From IMG/VR virus record IMGVR_UViG_3300033066_001594: DNA of 20,000 nt; one strand, 5' to 3'. Every line of letters begins with the position of its first letter. The stretch's first letter is position 1. Under the pieces are notes generated by a model that did not search any database, was not told where the DNA came from, and worked only from the letters and a program-made list of their open reading frames with translations. Source of the stretch: an uncultured virus (IMG/VR IMGVR_UViG_3300033066_001594). Taxonomy: Duplodnaviria; Heunggongvirae; Uroviricota; Caudoviricetes. The position numbers were made by a program, and so were the translations under genes. Positions 6,609-15,340 of the stretch are shown here, piece by piece.

Positions 6609-9600
6609 ATGGCAAGTCAACCACTCAGCCCACAACACGATGCACCGGCTCCCATTGAGCCGGTGCATCGTGATTTCCTGGATGTACCGTCCACCCGTCA
6701 GGGCCTGTTTGACGGCGTGATCGGGTCGATTAAGACCAGTTACCCGGTGTCGAACAACCAGTTCGAGCTGCACATCGAGAATCCCAAGTACACGGCGACG
6801 CCCAAGTACAGCATCGCCGACCAGAAAAACGCGATCCTCAAGCAGCAGAGCCTGACCTGGCCGATCAAGGGCGACTGGGTGCTGAAGGACAAGCAGGGTC
6901 AGGAGATCCACCGCGTCAAGAACAAGCTGATCGCCCGCGTGCCGTACATGACCGATCGCGGTACGTTCATCTACAACGGCACCGAGTGGACGGTCTCGAA
7001 CCAGCAGCGGCTGCGTTCAGGTGCCTACGCCCGCCAGAAGGAGAACGGTGACCTGGAGAACCACGTCAACCTGATCCCCGGCACGGGCAAGAGCTTCCGC
7101 CTGCACATGGAGCCTGACACTGGTGTGTTCAAGATCCAGGTCGAGCAGAGCCACATGCCCCTCTTCCCGGTGCTGCGTGCACTGGGTGCCTCTCCGAAGG
7201 ACTTTATCGATCACTGGGGTCACGACCTGTACATGGCCAACGCCCGGCAGGGAGATCCGCAGACCGTTGCCAAGGTGTTCGGCAAGCTGGCCCGCACCGC
7301 ACAGCTCGAACAGTTCAAGCATGACCCGGCCCTTGGCATCCGCGAGATCTTCGCCAAGGCGGGACTCGACCCGGAGGTGAGTCAGCGGAACCTGGGGGCC
7401 CCGCACGCCAGCGTGGACGCACCCATGCTGCTGGCGGCCACGCGGAAGCTCCTGCACATTCACCAGGGCAAGGCCGAGCCGGACGACCGCGACTCGCAGG
7501 CCAATCAGACGGTGCACGGCCCGGAGGACCTGTTCGCCGAACGCATCACCAAGGACTCGGGACGCATCGCCAAGCAGCTCCTGTGGAAGGCGACGCACAA
7601 CCGCAACCTCAACCACATCTCCTCGTCAGCCTTGACGCCGCAGCTCAACTCGGTGCTGCTGACCAGCGGCCTGGGTTCCCCGCTGTCAGAAATCAACCCC
7701 GTCGAGATCCTCGACCAGCTGGCTCGCGTGTCGCGTCTTGGTGACGGCGGCATGGGTTCGAGCGACGCCATTCCCATGGAGGCTCGCAGCGTCCAGCCCT
7801 CGCAGATGGGCTACATCGATGTCGTGGCCGGCCCCGAGTCAGGAAACATCGGTGTCGACACCCGTGCGGCGTGGGGTACGCGGAAGGGCAAGGACAACCT
7901 CCTCTACCAGCAGATGATCAACGTCCGGACGGGCAAGCCCGAGTACCGCTCGGCACGCGACACCGTTCACAGTGTGCTGGCGTTCCCCGGTGAGATGGAG
8001 AAGAACTCCTCGTCGGTCCGAGCCATGGTCGACGGCCGCATGACGTACGTGCCGAAAGAAAAAGTGGACTACGTGGTGCCCAGTGGCAACCACATGTTCG
8101 CGTTGACGACCAACCTCATTCCCGGCCTCTCCGGCATCAAGGGCGGCCGTGCTCTGATGGGTGCCAAGATGGTCAAGCAGGCTCTGCCCATGGTCAACGC
8201 CGAGGCCCCGCTCGTGCAGTCGGCTCACCCGGATGGCGGGAGTTTCCACGAACACCTGGGACGGTTGATGGGGACGGTGCATGCCGCGACCGACGGAATT
8301 GTCCAACGTGTTGGACGAGATTCGATTCACGTCCGCCACGCCGACGGCTCGCTCAAAGAGCACGAGTTGTATGACAACTTTCCGTTCAATGCCAAGAGCG
8401 TCAGCGGCAACAGCCTGGTCGAAGTAAGGAAGAAAAATAAAAAGGTTTGGACGGGGGCGATCCAGGACTACGTATCTCAGGAAGGAGATTTTGTTCGGTC
8501 CATTCATCCCGTAACACACCAGTCCGCGTGGATGCCAATCACAGGGTTCATAAAACACAGGAACGATAAAAAGCTGTACCGCATTACAACTGCATCCGGT
8601 CGTCACGTGGTTGTAACCGAAGACCACAGCTTAGTTACTGTTGGAGACGCCGGTCAGCTCGTGTCCGTATTTCCTAAGGATTGTGTGGTGGGTGAGACTA
8701 GACTCCCCGTCGCCACGATTCCTAATACGACAACCCTGTTTGATTGGTCCTACGATTTAGGCGTGGTTGCTGGCTTGTACCTCTCTGAAGGTCACATTCC
8801 AAAAGCTCAACCGAACCTGATTAATATCGCGGTCGCTCCTGATGTTAGAGCTGCTGAAGTAAAGGAGTTGCTTATTCGGGTTAGTACGAGCGGACGTAAG
8901 CCATTCCGGAATGGGGGCAGCGTTTGTCTGACTGACGTAAACCTGTCTAAATGGTTACAGCAACACTTCGGACGAATGTCTCATTTCAAGTTTGTGTCAG
9001 ACGCGGTTCTTAATGCCCCAGAGCCGTTCCGTCGCGGACTCGTCAACGGGTACATGGGCGGGGATGGTACTCTAGCCATCGACAGCAATAACGCCGTCCA
9101 GATCAACGCTTACAGTATGTCGAGGAATCTGCGTGACGGCCTGGTACGTGTCCTAGCGTCATTGTCTGTGTTCTGCTCTGTAGACGACAGTCGATCGTCC
9201 CCAGAAGGTCCGGTTTACGGCTTTCGAGTCATCTCATCTCACCTGACGAAGCTGGACCGATGGTTCTGTTACGAAGACCGACACGTCAAGTTCCAGGCCA
9301 CTACCAGCAAGACGTACCGATCATCCCCCTACTCTGCGATTCCTGTGCCAAAATCTCGTAAGGCTCGTAAAGCCCTCTACACGGACAACAAGCCAAACAT
9401 GTTTGTGTACAAAACAGCGAGTCTAGGTTTTGTTGCGAAGGAGCGTGTAGCTAAGTTCAAAGGCCCATACGGACGCTGGGGCCGATCCGACGTTATGTGG
9501 GACATGATCACAGACATTTCGCCCGTACCGCACGAGGATTATGTTTACGACTTTTCTGTGGGCGGATCTGAGAACTTTGCTGTAAATCACGGTCTAGTTG

Positions 9601-12600
9601 TTCACAACACGTTTGTGCACAGCACGCCGGTCGTCAAGCCGGGCGATCCGGTCACCGCCGGTCAGCTCCTGGCCAAGAGCAACTACACCAACGACAAAGG
9701 CGAGCTGGCACTGGGCCTGAATTTCAAGACCGGGTACATGCCGTACCAGTCGGAGCACGGCTCTGTGGCCGCTGACACCCACGTGCTGTGGTACGACAGC
9801 GACAATCAGCCACATTTCGGACCTGTTGAGACTGTAAGTGACGCTGTTAAAGCGTTAGCGTTAGATCCTAGATCACTTAAGACGTCTCCCCTCGGGATCA
9901 CTAAGCTGTGGGCTCACCCGCCAACTGGCGGTATGTCTGAAGTGATTACATCCTCCGGTCGACGTGTAGTCGCAACTGATAACCACAGCTTCGTAACTTT
10001 GAACGATGACGGGCAACTTGTGGAGTCTAAAACTACGGGACTCACACCCAAGGTGTCTTGGATTCCTCGTCTCGGGCGGGTTGACCTGCCCGTAACAACT
10101 ACAACGGCAGAGCTTGGATCCAAGACGTTGCCTGCGATTGTGCTTCCGCTGTCCGCCGATTTAGGATTTGTTGTTGGCATGTATCTCGCTGAAGGATACG
10201 TGCGGCTACACAAAAACGTCGACTTCGCGGTCACTGATCCTTTACTCCGTGTCCATCTTGTGGGGGCACTTCAACGGTTGTTACCGCACGCGACGATCTC
10301 AGACAAGCCTCAGAATCCTTACATTCGTGTGTACTGTTCTCGCCTTGCTCAGTGGCTGGAACAGACCTGTGGAAAGCTCGCACAGCGAAAGTTTGTGCCT
10401 GGTGCTGCTTTTGGGGCTCCTTTGGTGTTCCGTCTAAGCCTCCTCGCAGGTTTCTGGGCAGGCGATGGTCGTGTCTCGAGCAAACAGTCAGTACCGACAG
10501 ACACTGACACCCTTATCACGTCAAAGAGACTCCGTGACGGTCTGGGATTACTTTTCGCCAGCGTGGGTATTAGCACCACGCACGGCCAGTACACCGATGC
10601 TGCTTACTCGGAAGGGGTTGTGTACCGCCTTGGCATTAGCTGCCGTGACTTGAATAAATTTCCTACATTCCCGCACTCAGTTAAAGCGGCTCGTCTTGAT
10701 GAGATCGTGCGTAGTTACAAGGGCTGTGGGTCTGCAGATCACGTTCCTATCCCGCGTAATGCTGCAAAGGCGTACCAACAATGTGGACGGGGGCAAGGTC
10801 GTCGGGTCTACAACCGCCTCCAGGCTCAGGCCAAGGCGAGCACTGCTAATAGAGACGACGTATTGCGGTACGTGCCGGCTGATTCTCAAGACCCAGCACT
10901 CCAAGCTCTTCGACGGTTGGCTATCTCACCTATCGAGTGGGATCGCATTGAGTCTATTCAACCTAAGACCTACGTGGGGCTGGTTTATGACTTCGACATG
11001 GCTCCACTTCGTACGTTTGTTTGTGTTGATACGCTGGTAGTCCACAACTCCAACTACGAGGATGCCATCGTCATCAGCGAGGCGGCTGCCAAGCGTCTGA
11101 CCAGCGAGCACATGAAGCAGCAGACGTACGACCCGTCTGCCGAGGGCGTGAAGGTCGACCGCAATCACTACCTCTCGGTCTTCCCGACCAAGTTCAACCG
11201 GGATCAGCTCAACAGCATCGGGGACGACGGTGTGGTCAAGCCCGGCACGCGGGTGACCCACGGCGATCCGCTGGTCCTGTCGGTCAAGACCAAGAAGCCG
11301 CAGCAGGGCATGAGTGCGTTGCACCGTCACAACAAGAGCTATACCAACGACGACGCCCTCACCTGGACGTTCAAGCACCCGGGCGTCGTGACCGACGTGC
11401 ACCACGGTAACGACGGCATCAAGGTGACGGTCAAGAGCTATCACTCGATGCAGGTCGGCGACAAGCTTTCCGGTGCTTTCGGCGACAAGGGCGTGTGCGG
11501 GGCCATCGTCCCGGACGACCAGATGCCACGCGGCAGCGACGGCCAGCCTCTCGAGGTCCTGCTCAACCCGCTCGGGGCGATTACCCGCACCAACCCCAGC
11601 CAGTTGATCGAGGCGGCACTGGGCAAGGTCGCGGCCAAGACCGGCAAGAAATACGTCCTGCCGTCGTTCGGCACCGATCTGCTCAAGTACGCCATGAGCG
11701 AGCTGGAGAAGAACGGCCTCAGCGACACCGACAAGGTGTACGACCCGCACACCCGGCGGACCAACGAGGTCTTCACCGGCAACCGGTTTCTCTACAAGCT
11801 GTACCACGAGGCAGAATCCAAGGAGACGGGCCGATCGGACGCCGGCAGCTACACGAGTGAAGGTCAGCCGGCCAAGACCAAGGAAGAGTCGGCCAAGCGA
11901 CTGGGCCTGCTCGACATGAACGCCCTGATCTCTCACGGCGTGCCTGCCGTCATCCGCGACAGCAAGCTGGTCCGCGGCCAGCGGAATGACGCCTACTGGG
12001 CAGCCTTCCGGTCCGGCCAGACGCCGCCGGCACCCGAGACGCCGTTCATCTACAACAAGTGGCTTGCCCACCTGCAGGGGTCAGGCGTTCACATTCGTGA
12101 CACGGCCCACGGCCTGCAGCTCATGGCCATGCGTGACAAGGACGTCGACCAGCTCTCACGGGGTGCTCTGACCCACGGCGACTCGGTGAGTCTCAAGGAC
12201 AACAAGCCCATTCCTGGTGGCTTGTTCGACGTCGGACTGACGGGTGGTCACCACGGGCAGAATTGGACACACCTGGACCTGAGCGAGCCGATTCCCAACC
12301 CGGTGATGGAAGAGCCGGTCCGTCGGCTGCTCGGCCTGACACAGAAGGAGTTCGAACAGCGGCTCGCGTCCCCGGAAGGGACCCACTGGTTCAAGGACAA
12401 GCTCGCGTCACTGGACGTCGATAAGGAGATCACCAGCCAGCGTCGACTGATCGAATCAGGCCGCAGGTCCAAGCGTGACGAGGCGGTCAAGAAGCTGGGC
12501 TACCTGACCACGCTCAAGCAGACAGGTATCAAGCCCCAGGAACTGCTGATGAGCAAGTTCCCGGTCATTCCGCCAGCGATGCGTCCTGTGACCAAGGTCG

Positions 12601-14882
12601 GCAACATGCAGCTGACCTCAGACGCCAACTTCCTGTACCAGGAGCTGCACAAGGCGTCCGAGAACCTGAGGGAGGCCAGAGAAGCGGGTCTCGAGTCCGG
12701 GACCGAACGTCTGGATCTCTACAACGCGGCCAAGGCCGTCAGCGGCCTGGGCGATCCGCTCTCCCGCAAGCTGCAGGAGAAGGGCGTCGCCGGCCTGCTC
12801 ACGCACGTATTCGGCAAGGGCAGTCCCAAGGGCGGCCAGTTCCAGCGTCGGCTTATCGGCGGGACGCTCGACACGGTCGGACGTGCGGCCATCACGCCGA
12901 ACCCGACCATGGACATGGACCACGTGGGTATTCCTGAATCCAAAGCCTGGCAGGTGTACCGGCCGTTCATCATGCGTCGTCTGGCCCGGCAGTACAACGT
13001 AGGGGCAGAGGCCAAGGTCCCGGTCACTGAGCTGGCCCAGTGGGTTGCCAGAAAAGACCCAAGGGCCAAGCAAGCGTTGCTGGACGAGATGCAGGAGCGT
13101 CCGGTCATGATCAACCGGGCACCGGTGTGGCACCGCTACGGCTACATGGCGGCCTGGCCCAAGCTCGTGAAGGGTGAGACGCTGCACATCAGCCCGATCA
13201 CGACCACTGGCTTTGGTGCCGACTTTAATGGTGATAGTTTTATTAGTTGTAGCGTTCCTTGTGTCATAAATGGCGAATTTCACGTAGGTTCCATCGAATC
13301 ACTGGTGGCTAAGATAATACCTGGATTTAGTGAGCACAATGCCTTAAAGTGGTGGGGTAAGCAGACAACTATTTTCCCCGTTACCTCTGGAGGTCTTCTC
13401 GTGCTTGGACTTGATAAGGACAAAAAGGCCAGTTTTGTCGAAGCTTCCCATATCAGCATTCACACGTCACACGGGCCAGACTGTTTCCGTGTGACTTCTG
13501 ATTGCGGCCTCGACGCAACTTTTACAGCACATCACAATTTCTTCGTCCTGGATGAACGCTGTGAGCTAGTACCAGTCAAGACGGAGCAAGTGCACCCAGA
13601 CGGACTGATTCCTTACGTGCGTAAGTTCCAGTTGCCCCAGGATGGTCGATCGCCGCTGGACGCACCAAATCCATTCGAGCTGACGTTTGAGACTGGTTTC
13701 TGGTTTGGCCACTACTTGGGCGACGGTTCGATTACAGGTCGTCGTGACACAATTAGCCAGGCCGCGTGTGACGCCGGTCTTCTTGGCTACGTGGAGGCAA
13801 TCGGATCCCAAATCTTTAAAGGCATCACGCCGTGGCGTGAAGGGAACAATTGTTCAACGCGTTGGACAAACACGGCGTGGGTTCGATTCTTTGAAAGCTG
13901 GGGGTGTCTTGCCGCGTCAAAACAGATACCCGGGTGGATGGTTCAATCGAACGACGAGTTTCGTCGTGGGCTCCTCGCTGGGTTCATTGCAGCAGAAGGT
14001 AGTGTTACTAAACAGGCGGTACGCATCGAGATCGTAAATCGATCAATGCTGCTTCAGTTCAAGTTCATCGCAGAGTCGTTTGGGTGCATCTGTCGAATGG
14101 GTAAAGGTAAGGAGGCTACAGATCGTAAACAGGCCACGTACCTACTTCGTATTAGTGATCTAAAATCGGCCAACATTAAGTGGCCAAGCTTTCCACGTGT
14201 TCAGCGATTTGCGACTCTGACTGTGGGAAGACGTAATTGGGATCTCGTCCCGTTACCAGAATCCGTCACTGAAGTCTGCGAGGCTCAAGGTAAGAAGATG
14301 GCAGGCTCTGCGGGAGCCGCTTACCGGAAGTCATTAAACAGGAGTCGCCACGCCCCAGAGTACAAACAGTTTACGATCGCAGCAAAAGAACAGGTATGTA
14401 CACGAGAGTTCGCAAAGTGGATCATCGACGGTTACGGATTGAGAACGCTGGACGATGTGACTATTTGTAATTGGATCAGCTGGGTGGATAACCCAACGGT
14501 CTATTGGGACAAGATTCGTACTGTCGAGAAAGTGGACCGTCCACCTGTGACGTATGACTTCAGCGTCCCTGGACACGAGGCCTTTGCAATTGACGGCACG
14601 TGTCTGACTCACAACACGATGAACTACTCGGTGCCCGTGTCCGAGGACGCCGTCCGCGAGGCCATCGACAAGATGATGCCGAGCAGGAACCTGTTCTCGA
14701 CCCGTGACTTTGGCGTGCACATGATGCCCCGGCAGGAATACCTGCACGGCCTGTTCGCGGCAACCCGCCGCATCCGCGAAGACCGGCCGACTCGTACCTT
14801 TGCCAGCAAGCAGGATGTGCTGCGGTCCCTGCGACGGGGTGAAATCGGCGTCGACGATCCTGTGGAGATAGTCGGACGGTAA
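6609..14882 (+). CDS. rpoBC: DNA-directed RNA polymerase beta subunit fused to the N-terminal half of beta', with three inteins (2757-aa precursor, about 1464 aa spliced)
   Basis: Beta motifs: VPYMTDRGTFIYNGTE, GPESGNIG, RALMGAKMVKQA, NYEDAIVIS, GDKLSGAFGDKG, LLNPLG, KLYH. Beta' motifs in the same frame: KPIPGGLFD, PVIPPAMRP, SDANFLY, NRAPVWHR, GADFNGD/TMNYSVP. Confidence 0.95.
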   Translation: MASQPLSPQHDAPAPIEPVHRDFLDVPSTRQGLFDGVIGSIKTSYPVSNNQFELHIENPKYTATPKYSIADQKNAILKQQSLTWPIKGDWVLKDKQGQEIHRVKNKLIARVPYMTDRGTFIYNGTEWTVSNQQRLRSGAYARQKENGDLENHVNLIPGTGKSFRLHMEPDTGVFKIQVEQSHMPLFPVLRALGASPKDFIDHWGHDLYMANARQGDPQTVAKVFGKLARTAQLEQFKHDPALGIREIFAKAGLDPEVSQRNLGAPHASVDAPMLLAATRKLLHIHQGKAEPDDRDSQANQTVHGPEDLFAERITKDSGRIAKQLLWKATHNRNLNHISSSALTPQLNSVLLTSGLGSPLSEINPVEILDQLARVSRLGDGGMGSSDAIPMEARSVQPSQMGYIDVVAGPESGNIGVDTRAAWGTRKGKDNLLYQQMINVRTGKPEYRSARDTVHSVLAFPGEMEKNSSSVRAMVDGRMTYVPKEKVDYVVPSGNHMFALTTNLIPGLSGIKGGRALMGAKMVKQALPMVNAEAPLVQSAHPDGGSFHEHLGRLMGTVHAATDGIVQRVGRDSIHVRHADGSLKEHELYDNFPFNAKSVSGNSLVEVRKKNKKVWTGAIQDYVSQEGDFVRSIHPVTHQSAWMPITGFIKHRNDKKLYRITTASGRHVVVTEDHSLVTVGDAGQLVSVFPKDCVVGETRLPVATIPNTTTLFDWSYDLGVVAGLYLSEGHIPKAQPNLINIAVAPDVRAAEVKELLIRVSTSGRKPFRNGGSVCLTDVNLSKWLQQHFGRMSHFKFVSDAVLNAPEPFRRGLVNGYMGGDGTLAIDSNNAVQINAYSMSRNLRDGLVRVLASLSVFCSVDDSRSSPEGPVYGFRVISSHLTKLDRWFCYEDRHVKFQATTSKTYRSSPYSAIPVPKSRKARKALYTDNKPNMFVYKTASLGFVAKERVAKFKGPYGRWGRSDVMWDMITDISPVPHEDYVYDFSVGGSENFAVNHGLVVHNTFVHSTPVVKPGDPVTAGQLLAKSNYTNDKGELALGLNFKTGYMPYQSEHGSVAADTHVLWYDSDNQPHFGPVETVSDAVKALALDPRSLKTSPLGITKLWAHPPTGGMSEVITSSGRRVVATDNHSFVTLNDDGQLVESKTTGLTPKVSWIPRLGRVDLPVTTTTAELGSKTLPAIVLPLSADLGFVVGMYLAEGYVRLHKNVDFAVTDPLLRVHLVGALQRLLPHATISDKPQNPYIRVYCSRLAQWLEQTCGKLAQRKFVPGAAFGAPLVFRLSLLAGFWAGDGRVSSKQSVPTDTDTLITSKRLRDGLGLLFASVGISTTHGQYTDAAYSEGVVYRLGISCRDLNKFPTFPHSVKAARLDEIVRSYKGCGSADHVPIPRNAAKAYQQCGRGQGRRVYNRLQAQAKASTANRDDVLRYVPADSQDPALQALRRLAISPIEWDRIESIQPKTYVGLVYDFDMAPLRTFVCVDTLVVHNSNYEDAIVISEAAAKRLTSEHMKQQTYDPSAEGVKVDRNHYLSVFPTKFNRDQLNSIGDDGVVKPGTRVTHGDPLVLSVKTKKPQQGMSALHRHNKSYTNDDALTWTFKHPGVVTDVHHGNDGIKVTVKSYHSMQVGDKLSGAFGDKGVCGAIVPDDQMPRGSDGQPLEVLLNPLGAITRTNPSQLIEAALGKVAAKTGKKYVLPSFGTDLLKYAMSELEKNGLSDTDKVYDPHTRRTNEVFTGNRFLYKLYHEAESKETGRSDAGSYTSEGQPAKTKEESAKRLGLLDMNALISHGVPAVIRDSKLVRGQRNDAYWAAFRSGQTPPAPETPFIYNKWLAHLQGSGVHIRDTAHGLQLMAMRDKDVDQLSRGALTHGDSVSLKDNKPIPGGLFDVGLTGGHHGQNWTHLDLSEPIPNPVMEEPVRRLLGLTQKEFEQRLASPEGTHWFKDKLASLDVDKEITSQRRLIESGRRSKRDEAVKKLGYLTTLKQTGIKPQELLMSKFPVIPPAMRPVTKVGNMQLTSDANFLYQELHKASENLREAREAGLESGTERLDLYNAAKAVSGLGDPLSRKLQEKGVAGLLTHVFGKGSPKGGQFQRRLIGGTLDTVGRAAITPNPTMDMDHVGIPESKAWQVYRPFIMRRLARQYNVGAEAKVPVTELAQWVARKDPRAKQALLDEMQERPVMINRAPVWHRYGYMAAWPKLVKGETLHISPITTTGFGADFNGDSFISCSVPCVINGEFHVGSIESLVAKIIPGFSEHNALKWWGKQTTIFPVTSGGLLVLGLDKDKKASFVEASHISIHTSHGPDCFRVTSDCGLDATFTAHHNFFVLDERCELVPVKTEQVHPDGLIPYVRKFQLPQDGRSPLDAPNPFELTFETGFWFGHYLGDGSITGRRDTISQAACDAGLLGYVEAIGSQIFKGITPWREGNNCSTRWTNTAWVRFFESWGCLAASKQIPGWMVQSNDEFRRGLLAGFIAAEGSVTKQAVRIEIVNRSMLLQFKFIAESFGCICRMGKGKEATDRKQATYLLRISDLKSANIKWPSFPRVQRFATLTVGRRNWDLVPLPESVTEVCEAQGKKMAGSAGAAYRKSLNRSRHAPEYKQFTIAAKEQVCTREFAKWIIDGYGLRTLDDVTICNWISWVDNPTVYWDKIRTVEKVDRPPVTYDFSVPGHEAFAIDGTCLTHNTMNYSVPVSEDAVREAIDKMMPSRNLFSTRDFGVHMMPRQEYLHGLFAATRRIREDRPTRTFASKQDVLRSLRRGEIGVDDPVEIVGR
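8397..9608 (+). mobile_element. Intein 1 with LAGLIDADG homing endonuclease (404 aa) in RNAP beta
   Basis: Starts SVSGNSLV; block B VVVTEDH; LAGLIDADG-like VAGLYLSEG and VNGYMGGDG; ends VVHN followed by Thr. Removal gives FPFNAK-TFVHSTP, matching E. coli RSNQN-TCINQMP. AT-richer codons. Confidence 0.92.
9762..11048 (+). mobile_element. Intein 2 with LAGLIDADG homing endonuclease (429 aa) in RNAP beta
   Basis: Starts SVAADTHV; block B VATDNH; VGMYLAEG and LAGFWAGDG; ends VVHN followed by Ser. Removal gives MPYQSEHG-SNYEDAI, matching MPWNGYNFEDSI. Confidence 0.92.
13236..14615 (+). mobile_element. Intein 3 with LAGLIDADG homing endonuclease (460 aa), directly after the catalytic DxxGD motif of beta'
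   Basis: Starts SFISCSVP; block B FTAHH; FGHYLGDG and LAGFIAAEG; ends CLTHN followed by Thr. Removal gives GADFNGD-TMNYSVP, matching NADFDGD-QMAVHVP. Confidence 0.92.
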
Positions 14883-14891
14883 GATGGGCGT

Positions 14892-15299
14892 ATGGACTTT
14901 GCACAACGTGTTTTGAGTGGACAGATCAAGACGGCCGGCTTTGCCAGCCTCGCCGGTAAAGCCATCGGTACCGTTGCCAAGCCGATTCTCAAGAGCTTTG
15001 GCCGGGGTGCGGCTACGGCGGCACCCGCCGCAGACCTCGGGGCGTCCAAAGGGTTTTCGCTGCTCAACACGCTGCGATCCCCGAAGGTGAACCTGGCGGC
15101 AGGCGGTGCGGCTGTCGGACTCGGGGCGATCAACAACGCTGTCAGTACCGGTGACCAGGTCCAGGCTTATGACGCCAAATCGATGGCCGGTAACTACGAC
15201 AACACGGTGCGGCCGTTGCTGGGTGCCAGCATGCTGGTCGGAGCCCCTATCGCCGCTTATCTGGCAACCCGCAAAAACGAAGTTGACGACGAACCCTGA
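14892..15299 (+). CDS. Small hypothetical membrane-type protein with N-terminal leader ending in KTA
   Basis: 135 aa. MDFAQRVLSGQIKTA leader; hydrophobic segments LAAGGAAVGLGAI and LLGASMLVGAPIAAYLA. Confidence 0.75.
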   Translation: MDFAQRVLSGQIKTAGFASLAGKAIGTVAKPILKSFGRGAATAAPAADLGASKGFSLLNTLRSPKVNLAAGGAAVGLGAINNAVSTGDQVQAYDAKSMAGNYDNTVRPLLGASMLVGAPIAAYLATRKNEVDDEP

Positions 15300-15340
15300 A
15301 CCGGGTCTGTACACTGCTCTAGGTCTTAACAAGGTTACGC

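Noticed and set aside
8397..14615. AT-richer blocks as group I/II introns or separate inserted genes
   Set aside because: The reading frame is continuous, and each block has intein termini (Ser...His-Asn then Ser/Thr) whose removal restores conserved RNAP motifs.
3405..14883. TAAG before several starts as a baculovirus-like late promoter
   Set aside because: Explained by TAA stop codons and partial Shine-Dalgarno sequence (TAAGGAG); the genes look prokaryotic.
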